Shown here: piece after piece, positions 37,964 through 51,500 of the stretch
How the letters are laid out: each line of letters begins with the position of its first letter
How positions within the stretch are numbered: position 1 is the stretch's first letter
Source: Octopus bimaculoides
Taxonomy: Eukaryota
Direction of reading: 5' to 3'
Length of the DNA: 64,000 nt
Assembly (NCBI RefSeq): GCF_001194135.2
Contig: NC_068994.1
Location: 5,871,335-5,935,334 of the forward strand
The notes under the pieces: model-generated
The model's input: the letters and a program-made list of their open reading frames with translations, nothing else
Told to the model about the DNA's origin: nothing
The model's database searches: none
Translations under genes and position numbers: made by a program

Positions 37964-39701
37964 GTATATATATTCGTTTTGCAAGATTCCTGATGTAAAA
38001 TCGTGTGTTGAAACAGATATTGTTGGATTTTAGGATGGTCATTTTATTTATTTATTTTTTTGCCAAATAGACACACACACGTATGTGTATGTGTGTCACA
38101 TCACATACACATACACACAAGGACATAAATGCATGTGCACATAAAGATACACATCTTAGAAGAACAGAATGGAGTAAGTGGGGCAAGAACACACGCAGAA
38201 ACGAAAAGTGTCTCTGAAGAGGTCACAGATGTGTGACAAAAGATTTCTGGACATTGGACATAAAATAGATAAGACCAGTAATAAACGAGTGAAGAAATAT
38301 ATATATATTATATATATATATATATANNNNNNNNNNNNNNNNNNNNNNNNNNNNNNNNNNNNNNNNNNNNNNNNNNNNNNNNNNNNNNNNNNNNNNNNNN
38401 NNNNNNNNNNNNNNNNNNNNNNNNNNNNNNNNNNNNNNNNNNNNNNNNNNNNNNNNNNNNNNNNNNNNNNNNNNNNNNNNNNNNNNNNNNNNNNNNNNNN
38501 NNNNNNNNNNNNNNNNNNNNNNNNNNNNNNNNNNNNNNNNNNNNNNNNNNNNNNNNNNNNNNNNNNNNNNNNNNNNNNNNNNNNNNNNNNNNNNNNNNNN
38601 NNNNNNNNNNNNNNNNNNNNNNNNNNNNNNNNNNNNNNNNNNNNNNNNNNNNNNNNNNNNNNNNNNNNNNNNNNNNNNNNNNNNNNNNNNNNNNNNNNNN
38701 NNNNNNNNNNNNNNNNNNNNNNNNNNNNNNNNNNNNNNNNNNNNNNNNNNNNNNNNNNNNNNNNNNNNNNNNNNNNNNNNNNNNNNNNNNNNNNNNNNNN
38801 NNNNNNNNNNNNNNNNNNNNNNNNNNNNNNNNNNNNNNNNNNNNNNNNNNNNNNNNNNNNNNNNNNNNNNNNNNNNNNNNNNNNNNNNNNNNNNNNNNNN
38901 NNNNNNNNNNNNNNNNNNNNNNNNNNNNNNNNNNNNNNNNNNNNNNNNNNNNNNNNNNNNNNNNNNNNNNNNNNNNNNNNNNNNNNNNNNNNNNNNNNNN
39001 NNNNNNNNNNNNNNNNNNNNNNNNNNNNNNNNNNNNNNNNNNNNNNNNNNNNNNNNNNNNNNNNNNNNNNNNNNNNNNNNNNNNNNNNNNNNNNNNNNNN
39101 NNNNNNNNNNNNNTATATATATATATGTATGTATATATATATGTATGTGTATATATGTATATATATATGTATGTGTATATATATATATATATATATATAC
39201 ATGCATGTATATATATATGAGCTACAGACACTGGAAGGAGGACATTGAAAGATTATGATGATATATATATATATATATGCATGCGTTTATATAATATATG
39301 TATATATAATGTATATATGTGGTAATATATATGTGTGTGTATGTAATACACATACATTTTCTTTTTCTTCTTTATTTGTTGTATTGTGTTTCTCTTGTTT
39401 GTCATTTCTAATTCTGCTATTGTAATTAAACACTTTTTTTAAAAACTAATCTGTTGTTTGTGGTTTTTAGTCTTGTGTCATTAGTGTTAATTACTTTGGA
39501 CGAAAATTGCATGTCGCAATTTATAAACAGTTGCGCCATTGGGTTAGTAATGCATTCACCGAGTTTCTGAACGGCATAAATAGTAAGGGAGTGTCTGTAG
39601 CTCAATGCAAAACAAATATCTCCAGGGATTTTGCTCATGAAGCATTGGTTTTTGATTTACTCATCATTCATGTCGTCCGCTAATATACTTTACAGAAAGA
39701 A

Positions 39702-39748
<47 letters not shown>

Positions 39749-39975
39749 GTAAATCCCCAAAAAGAAGAACAAACAAGTTCTCAGGTTGATTCATAGTGTG
39801 ACAAGGCTGGGTCCTTTGAAATACAGGGGCAACTCATTTTTGCCAGCTGAGTGGACTGAAACAGCGTGAAATAAAGTATCTTGCTCAAGGGGAACAATGA
39901 ACTCACGACCTAACGATCGTGAGCTGAATACCCTAACCACTAAGCCACGCACCTTCACTAATTAGAATAGCGTAT

Positions 39976-40009
<34 letters not shown>

Positions 40010-40039
40010 TAGATATATATGTATATATAGATATATATA

Positions 40040-40125
<86 letters not shown>

Positions 40126-42009
40126 CATACACATACACATGTACACACATACACGAATGCATACACATACACACATATGCACACGCATATGTATACATTT
40201 TATGTCAACATAATAACTGAAAATTATATATCTGAAATATCTTCCCTAATAACACATTCAGATTGACTCTCCCTAAAATATCTTCATTAACTATTACTAA
40301 TGAGATGAAGATTAGCTGAACAGATGAACTGCAAGGGTCAAGCGAAATAGCTGTTATCTCCAAGCCTTTATAGCAACAACGCAGTTAATAAACGATGTAT
40401 AAATAAAACATATCTATATATATATATATATCAATCAAGTGTGTTTAAAGTAGGTAGAGACAAACAGACAGATAGCAGAGATGAGAAAAATGTCGATGAG
40501 AAACGTGGTAATATTTTGTTTGAATTAGGAAACTGTAATTAAGATAAATTAAACAAATAACAACAAAAACTGTAGAATGAGAGATAAGCTCACGGTACGT
40601 TATCGCTGTGACACAGTTTCAATTCCTGTTGACAACTACAGCAGTTCCTTGATATTCAAGTTCATTTGTTCCCAGAGACCGTTTGTAATGTGGAAACTTG
40701 TAAAGCAGGGCAATAATTTCCCATAGTAGTAATGTTATAAATTGTAATTCGTTCCCAGAAAAATATTTTACAAGTGGCTGTGTGGTAAGTAGCTTGCTTA
40801 CCAACCACATGGTGCCGGGTTCAGTCCCACTGCATGGCACCTTGGACAAGTGTCTTCTATTATAGCCTTGGGCTGACCAAAGCCTTGTGAGTGGATTTGG
40901 TAGATGAAAATTGAAAGGTATATATATATATATATATATACGTTCTTCACACTGGATACATGAAGAACTTAAGTGAGCTGCACGAAAGCACACGGCTTGT
41001 ATAGTGAATGGGGAAAGCTTGGTCTGCAATGTTTGCAGTCATGTATGCTAGTCAAGAGCAGGGCCAGCCTTGTCGCATTCTATGTCACTCTGAATCTCCC
41101 TGAAAATTTCGTCAAGGCCAGCCTTGTTGCATTCTATGTCACACCGAATCTCCCTGAGAACTTTATCAAGAGTATGCCTCTCAGTGGAGTGCTCAACCAT
41201 TTACATGTTAATTTCACGAGCAGGCTTTTCCATTGATTGGATCAACTGGAACTCTCGTTGTCATAAGCACCAGAGTGCCACTTATATGTGTGTGCTTGTA
41301 TATGTCTCCCTGTGAGCTTGTGTATTATGGACACCAGCTGCCTCCTATGACTTGTGTCATACGTCACAAAATTTGTAAGACAATATCTGGACATAAAAGA
41401 CATATGCTTGTTCTCAAAAAAACATTCCTTCAGAATCAGATTCCAAAGGGCAAAAATGTAGAAGAAACTTGAATAATATCTGTCACTTGTGTTTTAAACC
41501 TTGTCAGTCAGCAGTTGGTCTTAAAAGTCATCTGAGGGATTGTTCTGTGTGATGGGGTGTGGTGTGTGTTGATGGGACAGCTATCATCTGTCAAGATGAA
41601 GCAATCATCATATATATATATATATATANNNNNNNNNNNNNNNNNNNNNNNNNNNNNNNNNNNNNNNNNNNNNNNNNNNNNNNNNNNNNNNNNNNNNNNN
41701 NNNNNNNNNNNNNNNNNNNNNNNNNNNNNNNNNNNNNNNNNNNNNNNNNNNNNNNNNNNNNNNNNNNNNNNNNNNNNNNNNNNNNNNNNNNNNNNNNNNN
41801 NNNNNNNNNNNNNNNNNNNNNNNNNNNNNNNNNNNNNNNNNNNNNNNNNNNNNNNNNNNNNNNNNNNNNNNNNNNNNNNNNNNNNNNNNNNNNNNNNNNN
41901 NNNNNNNNNNNNNNNNNNNNNNNNNNNNNNNNNNNNNNNNNNNNNNNNNNNNNNNNNNNNNNNNNNNNNNNNNNNNNNNNNNNNNNNNNNNNNNNNNNNN
42001 NTATATATG

Positions 42010-42044
<35 letters not shown>

Positions 42045-45000
42045 ATGTGTTTGTGCGTCTGTGTTTGTCCACCACCACCCCCGACTTCGCCTTTAGTCGA
42101 GCAAATCGATCCCAGGACTTATTCTTTGTAACCCTAGTATTTATTCTATCGGTTTCTTTTGCTGAACTGCTAAGTTACGGCAAAGTAAACACACCACCAT
42201 CGGTTGTCAAGTGATGTTGATGGGACAAATACAGACACAAACATACACACACACATACATACATATATACATATATATACGACAGGCTTCTTTCAGTTTC
42301 CGTCTACCAAATCCACTCACAAGGCTTTGGTCGGCCCGAGGCTATAGTAGAAAACACTTACCCAAGGTGCCACGCAGTGGGACTGAACCCAGAACCATGT
42401 GGTTCATAAGCAAGCTACTTACCACACAGCCACTCCTACGCCTATACATATATTTTTAGTACAATACTATTTTAGACATATATATCTTCGTGAGAAATTT
42501 TGTTGATATTAAATTTCATGCTATTATTTCAAAATACAGTGTATATATGAATGTATGAGTGTGTATATATGGACATATATGCACATGTGTATTCATATGC
42601 ATGCACCCCTGCGAGTGTGTATGTAATTATAAGCAGGTATAGATATGTCTGGGTATATATGTGAGTAAACTGAGCTTAGATGTGTGTATGAGTGTAAAGA
42701 TGTGTGTGTGTGTGTGTTATAGTGTAAATGTGAGCATGAATGTCTCTTTGTGCTCTTACTGGTTGATGTTACATGACCATAAGTTTGCAGGACCAAGCCT
42801 GCCTGGGGTTAAACAACAACATCATCATCATCATTAACAAACTCAACAGTGGCAAAGCAACCACAGATAATTACAGCATTATCAATAAATTAGAGTGGAA
42901 AATATCCACCACCATCACCACCACCACCACCTCCACCACTACAAAATAATGTCTCCCTTTCATTAAGTCCCCACCTCTGTCCTAACCCTGAAGATTAGAA
43001 AAACGTAACAACCAGGCATAGACATAGTTGTATGGTTAAGAAGTTTGCTTCACAACCATATGGTTCCAAGTTCAATCCCACTGCACAGCAACATGGCCAA
43101 GTATCTTCTTTTTTATAAAACTTTGTGATTGGATTGTTGCCATGCTTGACAAAATGTTTCGTGGCATTTCTTCTGGCACTTTATGTCCCAGGTTCAAATC
43201 CTGCTGAGGTCCTCTTTGCTGATCTTCCTTTCACGGTTAGTAAAATATAGTACCAGGCAAGTACTGGGTTAATGTTATTGAAATTGCTGGCCTTGTGCCA
43301 ACACTAGAAAGCATTTTATAACCTTGTGTTGGCCAAAATGCACTGCAAATAGAACTTAGTAGACAGAAAATCTGTGTAGATGGGTACAAGTTATATAACA
43401 GTAACTTAACGTTGCGCCAAATAGTGATCAATGAAATAAGTAGCAGAATAAAACAAGAGGGTTGGCATGGTTGAGTAAATGCCTTGAAGGAAGTGCTCCA
43501 GCATGGCCACATTCCTTTGATTGAAACCAGCAAAAAGGCACAGGGCTTGGCTGTGTGGTAAGAAGCTTGCTCAGGTCGACCCAAGACTATAATAGAAGAC
43601 ACTTGCCCAGGGTGCCACACAGTGAGACTGAACCCAGTTTCATGTGGTTGGGAAGCAAACTTCTTACCACACAGCCAAGCCTGTGCCTATATGGAGTGAG
43701 GGTGGGGGATATCAGAAGATTACGACCATTAAGAACAACAACAGCCCATTCCTGATATTGTCATTTCATTACACTACTACCACCACCACCACCACCAACA
43801 CCACCACTACCACCACCACCACCACCACCACCACCATCACCCTTTCCACCACCACATTCAACAACAGCACCATCATTACCAGCAACAGCAGCAATAACTT
43901 CGTTATTCCTTCCATTACCACGCCTTTATTAAAACACAGAAATATTTTAATAAAGGCCTTATTACCAACATTACACACACACACACACAAATACTCATGG
44001 GCGCATATCCCCCACACACATGCATACACAAGCACACTCAAATACGTAGATATGGACATATAGATACACAAACGCACACATGAATATATAGATGTATATG
44101 TTCATGAGCGCAAGCGTGTGGTGTGTGTGTGTAGATCTGTGCATGATTACTTAACGTGTACCAAAACCCTCACATACACAGACTATCATTGGCACACATG
44201 CATGTGGGCAATAGATAGGTGGATAAGCACCCCCCAAACACACACACACACATTGTACAAATATAAAATAAACTTTGCTTGCGAGTTCAGAGCGGTTCTC
44301 ATTGAATTGGTTGCAATCCACCTCTTTTGTTCTCATTTCTGAACTCTTCCTTATTTTCTTGATTTGCCTATTTTTTCAGTATTTGCCGACACGACCATTA
44401 TCGACGTCTGGTTATTGTCAGTTACTCACAGTAGGGGTAAAACACCAAAGAGATCTAGCTCTCATATCTACGTTGAAGGAAAAGTAACACAATTTCCATA
44501 CGCCCCTCTCTGATACTGTCACATATAACAATTTTAAGCATTACCAAAATACCACCATGTCCAATGATTATTCTTCTAAAATAACCGCCACCACTTCTCT
44601 TCTCTAATCACCTCATTTCATCTTCTATGAAACCATTCGTCACCAGGTCTAAGCTATGTTAACATTAATGCAGAGAAGATTCAATACATGCGACTCATGA
44701 CTCAAGTTTTTGTATTGAAAACTCAATTTACGCATATAAAGATTCACTGGAGATATACAGTTTATGCCATTCAAGACAAGTTTTGCTGTAAAAAATATAA
44801 AAGAAAAGAACTATATTACATCGGCGAAGGTTCAATTTACGAACTTTCAGACTCGATTTACGTAGGTAAGAATTCAATATTACATCCTAGAGACTCAATT
44901 CATACAGGTAAAGATTCAATTTATGCGCCTCAATACTTAATCTGCGTCTTCTGAAACGCAATTTGTGATGTTAAAGACACGATTTACACCGCTTATATTA

Positions 45001-45321
45001 TAAATCCTAATTAGAACAGAGTCGGGTTTATGTTAAGAGGAGGAAATGTGATCATCGGATAATTGAGCTTAATTGGAAGAAAAATTGGAAGAAAATAATA
45101 AATTGAACAGTTTCAGTAGCAACTGGGACAAATCTTTAACAGCAACAAAGTCAGGGAAGATCTTCTCTACACTTTCAGAAAGAAGAGATACTTTTTTTTT
45201 TCTGTTTTGTATCTTTGATAGTGTCCAGCAATCAACATTAATTAAACATCACCCACCACCACCAGCGCCTCTATCACAACATCCTCATTACTGCCGTCGC
45301 CGCCACCATCACGAAGGAAAA

Positions 45322-45345
45322 ATGGAAGGTATTGAATTGTCTTCA
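45322..45345 (+). CDS. Probable first coding exon of the STEAP gene (MEGIELSS)
   Basis: ATG..TCA|GTAAGT consensus donor in phase 0. It joins the acceptor TTTTGTTTTAG| at 46766, whose 15 nt (YNTSP) are in frame with the ATG at 46781. Confidence 0.55.
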
Positions 45346-45494
45346 GTAAGTAACTGATATTAGTCTCTCTCTTTCTTTCTCCCCCCCCCCATCCATCCCA
45401 TCTACTCAGTTACCTTACTTTCTGTCTTTCTCTCTGTCACTTTATCAATCTATATACTGTCTGTCTATCTATCTATCTATCTATCCATCTATCC

Positions 45495-45549
<55 letters not shown>

Positions 45550-45590
45550 CATCTATCTATCTATCTGTCTATCTATCCATCTATCTATCC

Positions 45591-45644
<54 letters not shown>

Positions 45645-46780
45645 GGATGTTTGTGTTTGTAGATTTTGTAGTGGATATAATGACCAAGCGGTTAATAAGT
45701 TTGCTTCACAATCATGAGGCCCCCAGTTTGATCCCTTTGTCAAAACAATTACACACAATCACACACACACACACATAAATCAGAAAGATCCCACATTAAT
45801 GCTAACATGCTATCTTAAATGTAGTGCTATTTCAGTAACACAGGCTTTCATAATATTTATCTAATCCATACTTTAGCATGGGAGTAAAAAATGGATAAAT
45901 GGAGAAATACATGAAGCCTTGGATGTAAAAATGACACGGGAAAGACTGATAACCATAGATACAGAGAGTTCCTCATTGGCTGGAAACATTTATAGTTGCT
46001 GTTATTTAGCTACAGATCAGCTGCAATTCGAGCTATGGCTGTTCATTTTTTTATATATGAGGGATTACATTCCCTAGTGTAATCCATACTTTTTGAAGGT
46101 GGACATACTGCAAATATATATCGTTTTATTTCTCTTGACTTGCTTCTAACTCTACCTTGATAAGGGGTCCATCCGGAACGTCAGAGCACTTCTTTTCTTT
46201 TCCAGCATACGACTCATGGTGCAGGATGTTTATTACTACTCTTGTGTATGTTTAAATTTTGTGCATCTCTTTACAAATTATTGTTGANNNNNNNNNNNNN
46301 NNNNNNNNNNNNNNNNNNNNNNNNNNNNNNNNNNNNNNNNNNNNNNNNNNNNNNNNNNNNNNNNNNNNNNNNNNNNNNNNNNNNNNNNNNNNNNNNNNNN
46401 NNNNNNNNNNNNNNNNNNNTATATATATATATATATATATGTTGACTCCAACTTTTTCAATTATCTATTCACACATGACAAATGTCCAAACGCAAACCTG
46501 GAAGTGCGTATAATGCTACCACTGGATAGGAACAGGGTGAAATTTCTGACTACTAATAAATGCACACTTTTGATACACTTGCATCATATAAACTCATAGA
46601 CTAATATTTCAGAATCTGTTTAACTTATTGTATTGTAATTTGATTAAATTGATTTACAGTAAAACACTGTCTTGTTTGATTATGAATTGTTTCATTTCCT
46701 ATTTAAACTATGTGTCATGTTTGTTATTGTTTTTTGTATTTCTTTTCCATTCTATTTTGTTTTAGTATAACACGTCACCA

Positions 46781-48154
46781 ATGACTACAATAGGAATACT
46801 GGGGACTGGAGATTATGGACGTGCTCTTGCCAAAAGAATGCTACGTTGTGGATTAAAAGTGGTTTTTGGAAGTCGGGATCCGGCAAATAGGAATCTGGAA
46901 GCCATTGATGAAGAACTTGGAGAAGCAAAATTATCGACTGTTAACGATGTCCTGTCAAATGAAAATATTGAAATTATCATTCTTGCTGTTCACCATTGGA
47001 ACATTGAATCTTGTTTAGAGAATTTCAACGCTGAATCATCCCAAAAAATTTTCATCGACATATCGAACAATGAAGAAATTGTTAAAGATGAATCCATTGC
47101 GGAATCACTTGTCGCTAAGTTCCCAGGTATGCGTGTTGTAAAAGCTTTCAACACTTTATCTGCTTACGCTGTGGAAAATGATAATTTTGGTGGCAGTCGT
47201 CGAGTCCTCATTGCAGCAGATGACATTCAGGCAAGAGAAAAGGTGTCACGGCTTTGCAGTGAGATCGGATTCGAATCCGTGACATATGGGTCTCTGAAAG
47301 CTGCAAGGGAATTGGAAGCTTATCCGACAAGATTAATGCAAGGCTGGGGGAAAGCAACAGTCTTTATGCTTGTTGTTTTCTTTGCATGGAATATATTTGT
47401 TGGTGTAAAATATGCTTATTACTACAGTACATACAACAAAAGCTTCCCATGGGAGACTATCCCTCTGCGCTTCATGAACAAATCAATTTGCATGACAGCT
47501 ATTACTTTGCTGGCATTCTCTTACCTACCAGGTTGCTTAGCTGCATTTTTACAGATTTACAACGGCAGTAAATACATAAGATTTCCCAATTTTTTAGATC
47601 TTTGGCTCAAGTCTCGCAAAATGCTAGGCTTGTATGCTTTGCTTTTCAGTTTGTGGCACGTCATTATATCAACAATATGTATGTCTCCTGGATACTGGGG
47701 AGGCTGGTTCCAATCCACTCGTATCACTTTACCAGAGAACACAACAGGTTTCACATTTTACGTCTCCTCTCGAATGAACTTCCGAGGAGAAGCCAACATC
47801 AGTGCAGGCATTCTTGCTATTTTGTGTATGATTATTGTCGGGCTGTCTTCACTGCCTTCTGTTGGCAACATTTTGAACTGGAAAGAATGGCGGTTTGTAC
47901 AGAGTCATCTGGGTTACATCACTCTTCTGTTAGCCACTGCCCATGTGCTCATCTTCAGTTTTCCTTACTGGATCAGGAGACCATCTGGTCTGTGGAAAAG
48001 CTCAACATTTTTGAGTTGTCTGACCCCCATGATTACTCTTTTTCTCAAATTGCTCCTGTTGTTGCCATGTATTGGAAACTATGTTTATAGAATACGATCT
48101 GGCTGGGAAAGGAAGAAACCTTCAAAGTCCCTTTTAACAACCATACACTTGTAA
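46781..48154 (+). CDS. STEAP4: STEAP-family metalloreductase (STEAP2/3/4 type: NADPH oxidoreductase domain plus six-TM heme domain)
   Basis: Rossmann GTGDYG, GSRDP and VVKAFNTLSAYA; AAFLQIYNGSKYIRFP and WLKSRKMLGL; heme-ligand His293 (SLWHV) and His388 (TAHVL); WKEWRFVQSHLGY. The family call is secure; the paralogue number is not (vertebrate STEAP2-4 may be co-orthologues). Confidence 0.93.
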   Translation: MTTIGILGTGDYGRALAKRMLRCGLKVVFGSRDPANRNLEAIDEELGEAKLSTVNDVLSNENIEIIILAVHHWNIESCLENFNAESSQKIFIDISNNEEIVKDESIAESLVAKFPGMRVVKAFNTLSAYAVENDNFGGSRRVLIAADDIQAREKVSRLCSEIGFESVTYGSLKAARELEAYPTRLMQGWGKATVFMLVVFFAWNIFVGVKYAYYYSTYNKSFPWETIPLRFMNKSICMTAITLLAFSYLPGCLAAFLQIYNGSKYIRFPNFLDLWLKSRKMLGLYALLFSLWHVIISTICMSPGYWGGWFQSTRITLPENTTGFTFYVSSRMNFRGEANISAGILAILCMIIVGLSSLPSVGNILNWKEWRFVQSHLGYITLLLATAHVLIFSFPYWIRRPSGLWKSSTFLSCLTPMITLFLKLLLLLPCIGNYVYRIRSGWERKKPSKSLLTTIHL

Positions 48155-48258
48155 AAGCAGAAATAACATTTTATGAAATATCAGTGAAGTGTCAAAGATG
48201 GGAGAGAATGGCATAAAATATTTTAATGCCATTATATATATCTGTATGTGTCTGTATA

Positions 48259-48302
<44 letters not shown>

Positions 48303-48385
48303 CATACATATATANNNNNNNNNNNNNNNNNNNNNNNNNNNNNNNNNNNNNNNNNNNNNNNNNNNNNNNNNNNNNNNNNNNNNNN

Positions 48386-48434
<49 letters not shown>

Positions 48435-48833
48435 AATATATCAAAATAAGCAACAGGATATCAAGAAGTGATGCAGTACGACCGTTTCAAGCGGCTCCAT
48501 TTAACTGAACAATGCAATTATTACATCTTACATCAATTTAAATACAGGGCTATCATCAGCTGCACAAATAAATAAATAGAATTTTAATCAGTTGGACACA
48601 TTAATATAATTTTACTCAAATACTATAACAGAGCAAGAAGATTGAAGAAATCCATGTTGACACTATCTCAATTATATATATATGTATAAATAAAGCAATA
48701 CTTTCTTACTTTTGATAAGGTACAACAATGTATTGAGACAACTATACTGTTATCAGATATTACTTTCTTAGTGAATAAATTTACATTTTGTATACGTACT
48801 GTTCAAATATATTATCTTATAAAATATGTATTA

Positions 48834-49125
48834 TGGGAGGAGGTTGCAAATGATTGCCCACACTGGAAACAAATACTGTAAAAGGGGATGATGTGAGCAG
48901 AAGAAAAACAGAGACTTGTGACCAAAGAAAAGTGCACTCGACAGAAGCAAACACCAGTAGTGTCAGCAGAGAACTCCTTCAAATACAGTCATCATATGCA
49001 CAACTGCCATTCCTGCGTGGGTTTCTACAGCCACAACAGATGCTGCACCACCATCAGCAGCTGACATGATTCCTTTGGGTGCAGATCCATGACCTCTTGA
49101 GACCGATGGATGCCTACTCCTACTA
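48834..49125 (+). pseudogene. 3' fragment of an RTE-clade LINE
   Basis: WEEVANDCPHWKQIL*KGMM*AEEKQRLVTKEKCTRQK..FKYSHHMHNCHSCVGFYSHNRCC resembles RTE ORF ends (WE.LA.DR..W..AEEKR..C..C.S..GL.SH.R.C), followed by a short UTR and a simple-repeat tail. Confidence 0.65.
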
Positions 49126-51295
49126 TAATATTATATTATATAAAATGTGTGTGTGCATGAGGAGAGAAAGATTCTATATGCAAACTTGAATGATATTTTT
49201 TCTTTTGTTTTTCAACATTTTATCACATTTCATTGACCTTATGATATTTTTTGTAAATTTATAAAAACTGTATTCAGATATGCAACATGTAGTGTATAAC
49301 ATGTTATAGCATGTTCTTAGAAAATAAATTAGTATCAAAATAAGCTACTTTTGTTGACTCATCTCCTTTCACCATAATAATATCTCTATTTCAAAAGGAC
49401 CATTCATTTCGTAACATTGCCACCAACAATGGACATAATAAAAAATATAATTAGAGTGACTTGGGCGGTATCATGTCAGAACAATTCCCGCCCTCACCCC
49501 TTTATGACTGACCAATGACTGACATTTTCTCAGCAAATTTTTGCACACTGCTTCCAATTGACAGCAATACTTCTCCATATTAAATGTTTCATTTTGGTTT
49601 AATATATATATATATAATATCATCATCATCATCGTCGTTTAACGTCCGCTTTCCATGTTAGCATGGGTTGGACGATTTGACTGAGGACTGGTGAAACCGG
49701 ATGGCAACACCAGGCTCCAATCTAATTTGGCAGAGTTTCTACAGCTGGATGCCCTTCCTAACACCAACCACTCAGAGAGTGTAGTGGGTGCTTTTACGTG
49801 TCACCCGTACATATATATATATATANNNNNNNNNNNNNNNNNNNNNNNNNNNNNNNNNNNNNNNNNNNNNNNNNNNNNNNNNNNNNNNNNNNNNNNNNNN
49901 NNNNNNNNNNNNNNNNNNNNNNNNNNNNNNNNNNNNNNNNNNNNNNNNNNNNNNNNNNNNNNNNNNNNNNNNNNNNNNNNNNNNNNNNNNNNNNNNNNNN
50001 NNNNNNNNNNNNNNNNNNNNNNNNNNNNNNNNNNNNNNNNNNNNNNNNNNNNNNNNNNNNNNNNNNNNNNNNNNNNNNNNNNNNNNNNNNNNNNNNNNNN
50101 NNNNNNNNNNNNNNNNNNNNNNNNNNNNNNNNNNNNNNNNNNNNNNNNNNNNNNNNNNNNNNNNNNNNNNNNNNNNNNNNNNNNNNNNNNNNNNNNNNNN
50201 NNNNNNNNNNNNNNNNNNNNNNNNNNNNNNNNNNNNNNNNNNNNNTATATATATATATATATATATATGGGGATGTTTATTACATGCATGCTTCAAACAC
50301 ATTTGTATATACTGAAGCTAAATAATTGAAAAGAATGTATACTTGTGTTTTCTTCTCTTAGGTTAAAATATTGTTTGTTTGTTTTTTATTTTTTATTTCT
50401 GCAGCGTTAAACATATCAAACCTAAGATTATTACAGATGGGGAAAATAATTAGATACCCGTTCCTCGATCTGGGCAGATGCATTGTCCAGACATCTGGTG
50501 AAAATAGAATGATGTGCATCCAAAAATTTTCTAGTTCCATAGCAACAGATTTTCACATTTACGTAATAGAGGAAGATGTTGTGGTGTTCATTCCAGTCCT
50601 ACAAAGTAATTCCTAATATCGATTATTTTAGTAAATCCAGAAGAAAGAATGCCAAAATCGACCTTGAAGGAATTTGGACACGGGATATAAAAAATCTTTT
50701 TGACATTTTGTTAACATTGACAGAACGTCGGACAAAATATCTCTGGGCTGTTATGTTCTGTGTTCAAACACCACCGATGTTAACTTTGTCTTTCATCTTC
50801 TCGGTGTTGATAAAATAATAATGTACCATTCAAACACTAGAGAAGATATTCTTTCTACAATAAGTACAAGTCCTGAAATTTGGAGATGGAGGAGACTAGT
50901 CGATTAGATAGATCCTAATACTGGTACTTATTTAATTGACTCCGAAAAGTCAAAGTCGACTTCGGTGGAATTTGAACTCAGAATGTAAGGCCACAAGAAA
51001 TGTCGCTTAGCATTTTGTCCGCCGCGCTAACGATTGTCAGCTAACCGCCTTAATACTGGAGAAGAAAGAATCGGCTGCTCCTTGCTACCAAACTTGTGGC
51101 TTTCTGCTTTTGTAAAAAAATCAATATGGAATATAAACAGGCAACCGAAAACGAGTTGTAAACTCCCATCCTTCGACTCTACAAGGTTCATGATAAAGTA
51201 ATTTCTTAGACACAAGTTTTCCGGTTTATGAGAAGGAAAAGGGGAAAAGACTCGTGACTTTCGTAACTGATTTTAACATGCGTCTTTTTGTTGAC

Positions 51296-51324
51296 ATTCT
51301 ATGGCAATTCGTTGCTATGGAAAT
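51296..51324. promoter_or_regulatory. RFX X-box-like site(s) upstream of SFI1
   Basis: GTTGCTATGGAAAT at 51311-51324 (one mismatch to GTTGCTATGGAAAC) preceded by the half-site-like TTCTATGGCAAT. Confidence 0.55.
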
Positions 51325-51500
51325 TGTCACTCGATTATCTCCCTTAGATTTAGTTAAACACTTATGAAAAAGAACTCTTCGCTGTTTGGAAACACTAAAT
51401 TACTTTGACGCGCTTTACTTGATATTGTGATTGTTTATTTATTTATCATACAGAGAATTTTCAACTAATTCAACTTCATGGATACTTACCATCCTTAATT

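Noticed and set aside
39471-39683. 70-codon open frame after a TTTTTAG acceptor-like site
   Set aside because: No ATG, no partner exon, no recognisable homology; this length is expected by chance.
48850-49110. Minus-strand TGA read-through (selenoprotein-like) frames
   Set aside because: No redox motif or SECIS seen; the region is better explained as a plus-strand RTE relic.
50455-51495. Minus-strand gene head-to-head with SFI1 (ATG|GTAAGT at 51490; open frame about 50599-50455)
   Set aside because: The candidate second exon has a poor pyrimidine tract and weak donor, the peptide is unrecognisable, and exon 1 would overlap SFI1 coding sequence.
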